DNA from: an uncultured Rikenellaceae bacterium
GTDB taxonomy: Bacteria; Bacteroidota; Bacteroidia; Bacteroidales; VadinHA17
Direction: 5' to 3'
NCBI GenBank assembly: GCA_964525415.1
Contig: CAZGGZ010000004.1
Location: forward strand, 6,758 to 70,757
DNA: 64,000 nt
Under the pieces are notes generated by a model that was not told the DNA's origin, made no database searches, and saw nothing but the letters and a program-made list of their open reading frames with translations. A program made the position numbers and the translations under genes. Below are positions 19,164 to 28,007 of this stretch, piece by piece (position 1 is the first letter of the stretch; each line of letters starts with the position of its first letter).

Positions 19164-20636
19164 ATGCCAGACGATATAATGAACTTTGATCTGCCTGTTG
19201 AAAGATCGTCGATAATTAAAGTCCTTGGGATTGGTGGCGGCGGCAATAATGCTGTCAATCACATGTTTGAAAAAGGCATCAGGGACGTGAATTTTGTAGT
19301 CTGCAATACCGACCACCAGGCCCTCGCAGCCAGTCCGGTTCCTATCAAGGTGCAGATAGGTGAAGCCCTGACAGAAGGCATGGGCGCCGGCAGCCAGCCT
19401 GATAAAGGCCGGAAGGCAGCCCTTGAAAACCTTGAAAATGTGATGGATGCCCTTGGAGGAAATACGCGAATGGTATTCATTACTACCGGGATGGGAGGAG
19501 GCACCGGAACAGGTGCTATCCCTGTCATAGCCAAAGCATGCAAGGAAGCAGGATTGCTGACTATAGCCGTGGTTACAATACCTTTCAAATCGGAAGGCAA
19601 GGTTCGTATCAGGTTTGCAATAGACGGCATTACCGAGCTGAAAGATAATGTCGATTCACTTCTTGTGATAAACAACGAAAAGCTGAGAGAGATTTACGGA
19701 AACCAGGGAGTCTCAACCGCTTTCGCAAAAGCTGATGATGTTCTGACAACTGCTGTCAAGGGAATAGCTGAAATAATTACCGTAGCTGGTTATATTAATG
19801 TGGATTTTGCTGATGTTGAAACCGTTATGAAGAATTCAGGTGTTGCCATCATGGGTATGGGATCGGCTTCTGGAGAGAACCGTGCTATCCGCGCAATAGA
19901 AAATGCCCTTGCTTCACCACTTCTCAATTCAAATGATATTACCGGGGCAAAAAGCATCCTGATAAATATTTCCTCAGGAAAAGGCGATCATGAACTCACT
20001 ATGGATGAACTGGGTGAAATAACTGATTACATGTATGATGTTGCTTCTGATGACGCATTGATAATCAGAGGATTATCTCAGGATGATTCTCTTGGTGAAA
20101 ATATCAGTGTCATTGTAATTGCCACAGGTTTTGAGTCCAACAGCATTTTCCAGCCTTACAAATCCAAAAAACCGAAGCAGGTAGAATTACTGGAAAACAA
20201 GAATGTAATTCCTCCCCAGTTAAATCCCAGGGCAACAGAAGAAACATTCACCGTTCACGAAAAAGGCAGAAGATCAATAATAACTGATTTTGAAGAGGAA
20301 TCACAGGGTGAACTTGATTTCGGAACGGGAGCTTCCGGTAAAAGAAAAAAGGAAGAGGAAAATATTGAAAATGAAAATGATAAGCCCGGATCTACCCTTC
20401 GAAAAGTAAAACAGATGCAGAAGATCATGAAAAAGGAAGGTCTCTCCAACAAGACAATTGAGGAGAACATAGAGACATTTGAAGATGTACCGGCCTATGT
20501 TAGAAGAAATATGCTGCTTGAAGCACATGATAAGACATCGGAAAGCAAATTGTCAAAATTCACGCTCACATCTGATGATGAAGAAGGGCCGGTGCTGAGG
20601 GAGAATAATGCATACCTGAATGATAATGTCGACTGA
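19164..20636 (+). CDS. ftsZ: cell division protein FtsZ
   Basis: Tubulin signature TTGMGGGTGTGAIPVIA, a long charged linker, and a DVPAYVRRN C-terminal peptide followed by a further 41-aa tail. Confidence 0.96.
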   Translation: MPDDIMNFDLPVERSSIIKVLGIGGGGNNAVNHMFEKGIRDVNFVVCNTDHQALAASPVPIKVQIGEALTEGMGAGSQPDKGRKAALENLENVMDALGGNTRMVFITTGMGGGTGTGAIPVIAKACKEAGLLTIAVVTIPFKSEGKVRIRFAIDGITELKDNVDSLLVINNEKLREIYGNQGVSTAFAKADDVLTTAVKGIAEIITVAGYINVDFADVETVMKNSGVAIMGMGSASGENRAIRAIENALASPLLNSNDITGAKSILINISSGKGDHELTMDELGEITDYMYDVASDDALIIRGLSQDDSLGENISVIVIATGFESNSIFQPYKSKKPKQVELLENKNVIPPQLNPRATEETFTVHEKGRRSIITDFEEESQGELDFGTGASGKRKKEEENIENENDKPGSTLRKVKQMQKIMKKEGLSNKTIEENIETFEDVPAYVRRNMLLEAHDKTSESKLSKFTLTSDDEEGPVLRENNAYLNDNVD

Positions 20637-20683
20637 AGCAGGGCTGATGCAATAAGTACCCTGTCCCGGTTGTTTATTATTTC

Positions 20684-20691
20684 TATATTTG
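20684..20691 (+). promoter_or_regulatory. candidate -7 promoter box (TATATTTG) for the porin-like gene
   Basis: Exact TAnnTTTG match ending 5 nt before the ATG at 20697. Confidence 0.45.
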
Positions 20692-20696
20692 CGCAG

Positions 20697-22613
20697 ATGA
20701 AAAGGGTACTTTCCATATTGATAATTTTATCAGCCGCATCCTTGTTATCCGCGCAGCAACCCGACCTTAAAACAACAACCTCCAAAATTATAAGGCAATG
20801 GCATCTGTCAGAGGATTTTACCGAAGAGATATCAATACCTTTTGATACTGTTTTCTCCCTGTTCCACCGTTACAGGATATCCGACAGGAAGTCACCGATA
20901 AATGCAACCCTCGGGAATTACGGATTACCCTTTTACCAGATAAATTTCTTTGACCGGATTTCAGATCCTGATAAATTTCTTTATACCAATTACTACCCTT
21001 TCCTGTATCATCCCGGGAACTCTGTATTCATGAATACGCAGATACCTTTTACCGAGATGGTATGGACTTTCAGTCCACCAAGGGAAACATCAGAGCAGAC
21101 ATTCAGGGTTCGTCATTCACAGAATGTAAACAGGTTTTTCAATTTCGGGCTTGTATATGATATTATTTACAGTCTCGGACAATATAATTACCAGAGAGCT
21201 GAAGACAAGACATTTACCTTTTACTCATCCTATACAGGTTCGAAATACAAGGTATATTTCGCATCCGGGATAAACAGCATAATATCATTTGAAAACGGGG
21301 GAATACCCGAAACTGAAGAACTGGGTCAGACAGATACGCGCGAAATACCTGTAAGCCTTAATGCTGCCAAAAGTACACTCAAGAACCAGAATATCCTTCT
21401 TGTGCAACGTTATACAATAGGAGGACAGGCAGCCGCAGCCGACTCTGCTGATCAGAAAAAGAAAGGATTCCTGGGACTAAGCGGTACCTTTTCACATATA
21501 CTGACCTGGGAGAATAATAAACGGACGTATTCTGATAATAACGCCGGATCAGGCTTTTATGATTCGCTTTATATTAACAGCCTGACAACATTTGATTCGC
21601 TCTTTTCAAGAGAGCTTAAGAATATTTTACGATTTGATTTTACTACTGATGAATCAAGGAAATTCAGGCTTGGGGGAGGTGTGGGATTAAGAAATGAATT
21701 ATTCCGTTACAGTCAGATTGTTCCCACCCACGATACAAATTTTGCCGACACAGCCAGATGGAACAGGAGCAATAACGCAATCATCGGACGGTTATACAAC
21801 AATATCGGGGGCAAATTCAGCTGGAACGTAAATGGTGAGCTCTTCATGACAGGTTACCGGGCTGGTGATTTCAGCCTTAAAGGGGAGATCGTAAAATCAT
21901 TTGACTGGAAAAAAGGAACTGCATCCTGGATAATAAGCGGCGGAATTTTCAACCGTCAGCCATCGTTCTGGTATGAGCAATGGGGGGGCAATCATTTTGA
22001 GTGGAGCAGCAATATGAAAAAGGAATTCAGGATTGACCTCGGAACATCTTTCATATACCCGGCGCTCAGTATGGAAGTTAAAATGAACTATGCAATGATC
22101 GACAATTATACTGATTTCAATATCATGGCTCTTCCTTCCCAGTATGATGCAGGATTGTCAGTGGCTGCCATTACGGCAAGAAAAGAATTCAGAGCCTGGA
22201 AATTCCATTTTACTGCAGATGCGATCGTTCAGCAAAGCAGTAACCGTGATATTCTAGATCTTCCGCTGTTCGCGGGCCGTTCTGCAATATACTTTGAACA
22301 TCATTTCAGATTCAAGCAGACCAACGGCAAGCTTTCCTCCCAGCTTGGAGCAGAAGCCACATATCATACATTATATTACCCTTATTCATATATGCCGGCA
22401 ACCGGGAGATTCTACAGGCAGGATCAGAAAATGACCGGAAACTATCCCTATATCAATGTTTTTCTTAACCTGAAGCTTAAAAGAACACGGATTTTCGTAA
22501 TGCTGGATCACCTTAACTCGGGATTTATGGGTGAAAATTATTATTTTATACCTTCTTATCCAATGAATATCAGGATGTTACGTTATGGATTAGCCTGGAC
22601 GTTCTATAATTAA
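20697..22613 (+). CDS. outer-membrane beta-barrel protein (putative porin family)
   Basis: Signal peptide MKRVLSILIILSAASLLSAQQ. Tyr/Gly/Asn-rich composition with alternating strands. Aromatic C-terminus GLAWTFYN, typical of OM barrels. The family name is recalled from memory, not from a search. Confidence 0.6.
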   Translation: MKRVLSILIILSAASLLSAQQPDLKTTTSKIIRQWHLSEDFTEEISIPFDTVFSLFHRYRISDRKSPINATLGNYGLPFYQINFFDRISDPDKFLYTNYYPFLYHPGNSVFMNTQIPFTEMVWTFSPPRETSEQTFRVRHSQNVNRFFNFGLVYDIIYSLGQYNYQRAEDKTFTFYSSYTGSKYKVYFASGINSIISFENGGIPETEELGQTDTREIPVSLNAAKSTLKNQNILLVQRYTIGGQAAAADSADQKKKGFLGLSGTFSHILTWENNKRTYSDNNAGSGFYDSLYINSLTTFDSLFSRELKNILRFDFTTDESRKFRLGGGVGLRNELFRYSQIVPTHDTNFADTARWNRSNNAIIGRLYNNIGGKFSWNVNGELFMTGYRAGDFSLKGEIVKSFDWKKGTASWIISGGIFNRQPSFWYEQWGGNHFEWSSNMKKEFRIDLGTSFIYPALSMEVKMNYAMIDNYTDFNIMALPSQYDAGLSVAAITARKEFRAWKFHFTADAIVQQSSNRDILDLPLFAGRSAIYFEHHFRFKQTNGKLSSQLGAEATYHTLYYPYSYMPATGRFYRQDQKMTGNYPYINVFLNLKLKRTRIFVMLDHLNSGFMGENYYFIPSYPMNIRMLRYGLAWTFYN

Positions 22614-22623
22614 AAAATTGTTG

Positions 22624-22631
22624 TATCTTTG
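22624..22631 (+). promoter_or_regulatory. candidate -7 promoter box (TATCTTTG)
   Basis: Exact TAnnTTTG match 15 nt upstream of the TTG start at 22647. Confidence 0.4.
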
Positions 22632-22646
22632 CACCCAATTTTTTGA

Positions 22647-24116
22647 TTGGAAATATGTTTAACTAATTCGACATCTTTGGTAAGAAAAATTATTGTCATT
22701 TCTATATTTCTGGGAGTATTCTTTGCTTCCTGTAATAAAAATCCGGACACTTCCCTTTATACTGATATTGTTTCGTTTGACCTTGATTCTATTATGAACA
22801 GAGGCAGACTTATTGCAGTAACAGATTTCAACTCAACAAATTATTTCATTTACAGGGGAGAACCAATGGGTTTTCATTACGAATTGCTGACTGCATTCGC
22901 CGATCATCTCGGCGTTGACCTTGAACTGATCACAGAAAACCACCTGGAACATGCTTTTGATTTTCTGAATACCGGTAAAGCTGATCTGCTGGCTTTAAGC
23001 CTCACCATCAACTCAACAAGGAAGAATGACATTCTCTTTACTATTCCTATATATGAAACGAGGCAGGTCCTCGTACAGCGCAAACCACGTCAGTGGCGCT
23101 ATATGAATACTGATGAGCTTGAGAAGAAACTGATCAGGAACCAGCTGGATATGGCTGATCTGACCATATTTGTACAGGAGGAATCATCGCATTCAGAACG
23201 TCTGAAATCTTTGTCAGCCGAAATAGGAGATTCAATAAATGTAATTGAAGTGCCTTATGAAGCTGAGGAGCTGATCAGGAATGTTGCCAGGGGAGAAATT
23301 GAATATGCGGTGGTGGATGAAAACGTGGCAAAGGTGAACTCAACCTACCATCCTGATATTGACATAAATACGCCTGTAAGTTTTCCGCAGAACATTGGGT
23401 GGGGATTGAGGAAGGAAAACTCCGGGAAGCTCCAGGCTGAACTGAACAGGTGGCTGACAGCCTATAAAAAGACCGACTACTATGCATTCCTCTATGCTAA
23501 ATATTTTAAGAACGAAAGATCGAGCAGGATAATAAAAAGCGATTACTATGCTCCCAGCACCGGGAAAATATCACAATGGGATGATCTTATCAAGTCAGCA
23601 AGCAATGATATAAGCTGGGACTGGCGTTTGCTGGCATCACTGATATACCAGGAATCGCGATTTGATCCCGATGTCAGATCATGGGCGGGAGCATACGGTC
23701 TGATGCAGGTTATGCCTGTTACCGGAAAAAGCCTGGGGATTGATATAACTTCATCGCCCTCGAATAATATAAAAGCAGGCACAATATATTTGAACCAGCT
23801 TCATTCAATTTTTGATCCCAGGATAAAGGATGAGAAGGAACGGATAAAGTTCATCCTTGCATCATACAATGCAGGTCCAGGGCATGTACTTGATGCCATG
23901 AGACTGGCTGATAAGAATGGGATGGATGAGGAGATATGGGACAATGTGGCTATATGGCTTCAGAAGAAATCTGAGCCCAGGTATTATAATGATACTGTGG
24001 TAAAAAACGGATATTTCAGGGGAACCGAGTCAGTGAATTTTGTGATTGAAATCCTTGACAGGTTTGAGCATTACAAGAATTTCATCCCTGAGCAGATCAG
24101 CCAGAACTATAAATAA
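22647..24116 (+). CDS. MltF-like lytic transglycosylase (solute-binding-like domain + SLT domain), lipoprotein
   Basis: Lipobox FFASC. An N-terminal SBP-like half. SLT catalytic block LIYQESRFDPDVRSWAGAYGLMQVMP and ASYNAGPGHV. No in-frame ATG precedes the signal peptide; TTG at 22647 or 22677 are the candidate starts. Confidence 0.82.
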   Translation: MEICLTNSTSLVRKIIVISIFLGVFFASCNKNPDTSLYTDIVSFDLDSIMNRGRLIAVTDFNSTNYFIYRGEPMGFHYELLTAFADHLGVDLELITENHLEHAFDFLNTGKADLLALSLTINSTRKNDILFTIPIYETRQVLVQRKPRQWRYMNTDELEKKLIRNQLDMADLTIFVQEESSHSERLKSLSAEIGDSINVIEVPYEAEELIRNVARGEIEYAVVDENVAKVNSTYHPDIDINTPVSFPQNIGWGLRKENSGKLQAELNRWLTAYKKTDYYAFLYAKYFKNERSSRIIKSDYYAPSTGKISQWDDLIKSASNDISWDWRLLASLIYQESRFDPDVRSWAGAYGLMQVMPVTGKSLGIDITSSPSNNIKAGTIYLNQLHSIFDPRIKDEKERIKFILASYNAGPGHVLDAMRLADKNGMDEEIWDNVAIWLQKKSEPRYYNDTVVKNGYFRGTESVNFVIEILDRFEHYKNFIPEQISQNYK

Positions 24117-24117
24117 C

Positions 24118-25362
24118 CTAGTCATACCTGATGGCTTTTACAGGAGTTATCCTGCTAATGAGCTTTGACGGGACCAGCAGTATAAACAGTATCGCTGCCA
24201 TTGTTCCGGCATTCAGCAGGAGTATGTGTGCAAGCTCAAGATTCACGGGAACGGTTTTTATATAATAGGATGAGGGATCAAGAGTGATCAGTCCCGTCTT
24301 TAACTGCAGGAATGCGAGTCCGATGCCGATTACGTTTCCCCAGAGCAGGCCTTTGCTGATAAGGTAGGCAGCCTGGTAAAGAAATACTCTCCTTATTGTG
24401 ACATCGTCAGAACCAAGAGCTTTCAGGATTCCGATCATATTGGTTTTTTCAAGTATCAGAATGAGCAGCCCGGAAATCATATTGAATCCTGCCACGATAA
24501 GCATCAGCATGATGATTATTATCACATTGACATCCTGGAAATTGAGCCAGTCAAATATCTGAGGATATTTCATCCTGATATTGGTTACCTTGAACTGTTC
24601 ATCATCTTCCAGGAACCTGTAACCTATGGCATCCTGCACTGCCCCGGTCATCTCATCAAGCCTGTCAAAATCCTTTATAAATATCTCAAATCCGCTTATC
24701 TGATCGTCATCCCATGCGTTCAACCTTTTAATATGACCTATATCGCAGAAGACATATATCTTGTCAAACTCCTCAAGGCTCGTTTCGTAAATGCCGCTTA
24801 CAGTGAATTTCCTCATACGGGGAGGATCCTGTACAAAATGCATTGCGAAAGAATCACCTGTTTTGAGCCTGAGCATATCTGAAATCTTCTTTGAAATTAT
24901 CACTTTATCTGTACGTGCTGTATCTGAAACAGTGAAGACGGATCCATCTGTCATATTGCTGCTGAAATAGCTCCAGTCAAAGTCGCTTCCCACACCTTTC
25001 AGGACAACTCCCTGAAAATCCTCCTGAGTCCTTATTATGCCTGCTTTTGTGGCAAATACCTGAATATGGCTTATCCCCGGAATCTTCCTTATTTTTTCAA
25101 TGAATTCCTGTCCCTGGTGTATCGGAGCAGTCTCAAAAGACAGATTTGAATCGAAATTCACTATCTGAATATTGGATCCGAAACCCACGATCTTCTCCCT
25201 GATCTGCTCTTTGAAACCTGTAAGTATGGCAACAGCAAGGATCATTACTGCAAGTCCCATGGCTATTCCGATAATGGCAATTATATTTATCGGCCGGGAA
25301 AAAGAGGTACCCTCCCTCCGCCCTTTTATAAGACGCTGTGCTATGAAATATGGCAGGTTCAT
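24118..25362 (-). CDS. FtsX-type ABC transporter permease (LolC/LolE-like)
   Basis: 414 aa from the ATG at 25362. One N-terminal TM, a large periplasmic domain, and three C-terminal TMs (FtsX fold). No ATPase motifs. Confidence 0.8.
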   Translation of the reverse strand: MNLPYFIAQRLIKGRREGTSFSRPINIIAIIGIAMGLAVMILAVAILTGFKEQIREKIVGFGSNIQIVNFDSNLSFETAPIHQGQEFIEKIRKIPGISHIQVFATKAGIIRTQEDFQGVVLKGVGSDFDWSYFSSNMTDGSVFTVSDTARTDKVIISKKISDMLRLKTGDSFAMHFVQDPPRMRKFTVSGIYETSLEEFDKIYVFCDIGHIKRLNAWDDDQISGFEIFIKDFDRLDEMTGAVQDAIGYRFLEDDEQFKVTNIRMKYPQIFDWLNFQDVNVIIIIMLMLIVAGFNMISGLLILILEKTNMIGILKALGSDDVTIRRVFLYQAAYLISKGLLWGNVIGIGLAFLQLKTGLITLDPSSYYIKTVPVNLELAHILLLNAGTMAAILFILLVPSKLISRITPVKAIRYD

Positions 25363-25397
25363 AATCAATTTGAATTCAAATTTAATATATAAAAGAG

Positions 25398-25405
25398 TAG
25401 ATTTG
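25398..25405 (+). promoter_or_regulatory. candidate -7 promoter box (TAGATTTG)
   Basis: Exact TAnnTTTG match 17 nt upstream of the ATG at 25423. Confidence 0.4.
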
Positions 25406-25422
25406 CATAAAAGCGTAGTGAT

Positions 25423-26589
25423 ATGAGAAAATTACCTGTATCATTAATCATCATTTTAATTTCTGCATGTTATGGTTTCGGTGCTAAAAAAACACCCGTT
25501 CCCGGGGCGAACCAGATAGATCAGTACAAACACCTTGTTGAAGGAAAATCTGTTGCGGTTGTGGCAAACCAGACCTCAATGGTCGGACAAACACATCTTG
25601 TTGATAACCTGCTGAATATCGGGATTGATATAAAGGTAATTTTTGCACCGGAGCATGGCTACCGTGACCTCGCTGCTGATGGTGCCATTATAAGCGACGG
25701 AAAGGATCCTGCCACTGGTATAACTGTTATAAGCCTCTATGGTGAACGCCGGAAACCTGCTCCGGAAGATCTGGAAGGTATTGAAATTGTTATTTTCGAT
25801 ATACAGGATGTGGGCGCAAGATTTTATACCTACATTTCAACACTTCATTATGTTATGGAAGCCTGTGCTGAAAATAAAGTTCAATGCCTGGTGCTTGACC
25901 GGCCAAATCCAAACGGGTTCTATTTTGACGGAAACATTGCGGATACCGCCTACAGGTCATTTGTCGGGATGCACCCCGTTCCGGTTGCACATGGCATGAC
26001 GGTAGGCGAGTATGCACAGATGATAAATGGTGAAGGATGGCTCAGGGGTGGGATCAAATGTGATCTGACAGTGATTAAGTGTAAAAATTACACTCATAAA
26101 AGCCTGTATGAACTTCCTGTGAAACCATCTCCGAACCTGCCTGACCAGACATCCGTTTACCTCTATCCCTCCATATGCTTTTTTGAAGGAACAAGAATTT
26201 CGCTTGGCCGCGGAACACCCTTCCCTTTCCAGGTATATGGTTCACCGTTACTGGCTGATAATGGATTCAGCTTTACCCCGGAAAGCCTTCCGGCTTCAAC
26301 AAATCCGCCATTGCTGGGAGTCAAATGTTATGGGGTGGATCTGCGCAACGCGTCAAAGGATAAGATTGTACCAAAACCCGGAATCAACCTGCAATGGATA
26401 ATAGATGCCTGGAATGCCTATCCTGAAAAAGATAATTTCTTCACTTCATATTTTGACAGGCTTGCCGCCGGCCCGATCCTCCGCGAACAGATTCAGAAAG
26501 GCATGACAGCGAAACAGATCAAGGCAACATGGAAGGAAGGACTTAAAAAGTTCGGGGAAATGAGGAAGAAGTATTTATTGTATAAATGA
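25423..26589 (+). CDS. DUF1343-family protein (NamZ-like exo-beta-N-acetylmuramidase)
   Basis: Signal peptide. Blocks FAPEHGYRD, VIFDIQDVGARFYTYISTL, LDRPNPNG and GMHPVPVAHGMT, as I recall them for the DUF1343 family. Confidence 0.75.
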   Translation: MRKLPVSLIIILISACYGFGAKKTPVPGANQIDQYKHLVEGKSVAVVANQTSMVGQTHLVDNLLNIGIDIKVIFAPEHGYRDLAADGAIISDGKDPATGITVISLYGERRKPAPEDLEGIEIVIFDIQDVGARFYTYISTLHYVMEACAENKVQCLVLDRPNPNGFYFDGNIADTAYRSFVGMHPVPVAHGMTVGEYAQMINGEGWLRGGIKCDLTVIKCKNYTHKSLYELPVKPSPNLPDQTSVYLYPSICFFEGTRISLGRGTPFPFQVYGSPLLADNGFSFTPESLPASTNPPLLGVKCYGVDLRNASKDKIVPKPGINLQWIIDAWNAYPEKDNFFTSYFDRLAAGPILREQIQKGMTAKQIKATWKEGLKKFGEMRKKYLLYK

Positions 26590-26630
26590 CCCCCTAATCC
26601 CCTTTAGGGGGTGCTCCGCTTTAGCGGAGC
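26590..26630. terminator. tandem GC-rich hairpins between convergent genes (candidate bidirectional terminator)
   Basis: Hairpin 1 is CCCCCTAA (26590-26597) paired with TTAGGGGG (26604-26611). Hairpin 2 is GCTCCGC (26613-26619) paired with GCGGAGC (26624-26630). They fill the 47-bp gap between the two stop codons. No long U-tract on either strand. Confidence 0.5.
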
Positions 26631-26636
26631 GGGGGT

Positions 26637-27833
26637 TTATACTCTTCCGGGATATACTTTCAGAGCTTCTGCCAGCGTCTCCATGGCATTCTTAAGATCA
26701 TCTATCTTCAGAACATAAGCAATACGGACCTCATTCTTTCCAAAACCCGGTGTTGAATAAAAGCCTGAGGCAGGAGCAACCATAACAGTCTGGTTCTTAT
26801 ATTCAAATTCCTCGAGAAGCCATTGGGCGAATTTATCTGAATCGTCAACCGGCAGCTTCACAACAGTATAGAATGCACCTTTAGGTTTAGGGCAATAGAC
26901 ACCAGGTATCTTATTCAATGCCTCAACCATAAAATTACGACGGGCAGTATACTCCCTGTTGACCTCTTTGAAGTATTCAGGAGGAGTATCTATCGAAGCC
27001 TCGCCAGCGATCTGTCCCAGCCCCGGAGGTGAAAGACGTGCCTGTGCAAATTTGAGCGCTGTGGAAATGACTTCCTTATTTTTTGTCACAAGAGCTCCGA
27101 TGCGAATCCCGCATTCACTGTAACGTTTTGATACTGAATCAAGCAAAATGACATTATTCTCGATACCCTCAAGCTTCATAGCTGAGAAATGTTCAGCACC
27201 ATCATAGCAGAATTCACGATATGCTTCATCCGAAAAGAGCCAGAGATCATATTTCTTTATAATATCCCTGAGCTGCAAAAGTTCCTCTTTCGAATAAAGA
27301 TATCCGGTGGGATTATTTGGGTTAGCGATAATAATGCCTTTTGTCCCGGGTGTGATCTTTTTTTCAATTTCCGCTATCGGAGGAAGCGCAAAATCATCTT
27401 TGATATAAGAGGTGACAGGCACAATCTTAATACCTGCCGAAGTTGCGAACCCATTATAGTTGGCATAAAAAGGCTCTGGTGTTATGATTTCATCACCTGT
27501 ATTCATACAGGAATTAAATGCAAATAATATTGCTTCTGAACCACCCGTAGTAACAAGCATTTCAGTATGATCGACTGCAATACCAATATTTTTATAGTAA
27601 CCGGCAAGTTTGCGACGATATGACTCATTACCGGCAGAATGGCTGTATTCAATTACTTTCTGATCAAGATTCCTGATGGCATTCAGCGCGACTTCAGGTG
27701 TTGGAATGTCTGGCTGACCAATATTAAGATGATATACTTTTCTTCCTTTTCGCTTTGCTGCCTCCGAATACGGAACAAGCTTCCTTATCGGTGACGCCGG
27801 CATTGATTTGCCTTTTTCGGAAATTGAGGGCAT
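26637..27833 (-). CDS. class I/II pyridoxal-phosphate-dependent aminotransferase (AspC/AlaT-like)
   Basis: 398 aa from the ATG at 27833 (MPSISEKGKSMPASPIRKL). PLP-lysine block SVSKRYSECGIRIG. The TTG at 27869 lies inside the candidate -7 box, so it was not used as the start. Confidence 0.88.
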   Translation of the reverse strand: MPSISEKGKSMPASPIRKLVPYSEAAKRKGRKVYHLNIGQPDIPTPEVALNAIRNLDQKVIEYSHSAGNESYRRKLAGYYKNIGIAVDHTEMLVTTGGSEAILFAFNSCMNTGDEIITPEPFYANYNGFATSAGIKIVPVTSYIKDDFALPPIAEIEKKITPGTKGIIIANPNNPTGYLYSKEELLQLRDIIKKYDLWLFSDEAYREFCYDGAEHFSAMKLEGIENNVILLDSVSKRYSECGIRIGALVTKNKEVISTALKFAQARLSPPGLGQIAGEASIDTPPEYFKEVNREYTARRNFMVEALNKIPGVYCPKPKGAFYTVVKLPVDDSDKFAQWLLEEFEYKNQTVMVAPASGFYSTPGFGKNEVRIAYVLKIDDLKNAMETLAEALKVYPGRV

Positions 27834-27866
27834 ATTGAAAGAAGTTTTATCTGTTTTGAATCCAGA

Positions 27867-27874
27867 CAAAAGTA
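27867..27874 (-). promoter_or_regulatory. candidate -7 promoter box (TACTTTTG) for the aminotransferase
   Basis: The minus strand reads TACTTTTG, 33 nt upstream of the ATG at 27833. Confidence 0.45.
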
Positions 27875-27922
27875 AATAAATTCACACAGATTTTGTCTTT
27901 ATGAAAACCAGAATTTATAAAA

Positions 27923-27952
27923 CTCTCTTCAATCCCCTTCAACCCCCTTCAA
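27923..27952. repeat. 3 x 10-bp tandem direct repeat (yyCyCTTCAA) in a divergent promoter region
   Basis: CTCTCTTCAA, TCCCCTTCAA and CCCCCTTCAA. The CTTCAA cores start at 27927, 27937 and 27947. Confidence 0.8.
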
Positions 27953-27973
27953 CTTTTAATTCATAATAATTTC

Positions 27974-27981
27974 TATTTTTG
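27974..27981 (+). promoter_or_regulatory. candidate -7 promoter box (TATTTTTG) for valS
   Basis: Exact TAnnTTTG match 26 nt upstream of the ATG at 28008. Confidence 0.45.
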
Positions 27982-28007
27982 CAGATCAGTTTACCTGACT
28001 TTATCTG

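Noticed and set aside
27867-27869. A TTG start giving a 410-aa aminotransferase.
   Set aside because: The TTG sits inside the candidate -7 promoter box. The ATG at 27833 gives a normal N-terminus.
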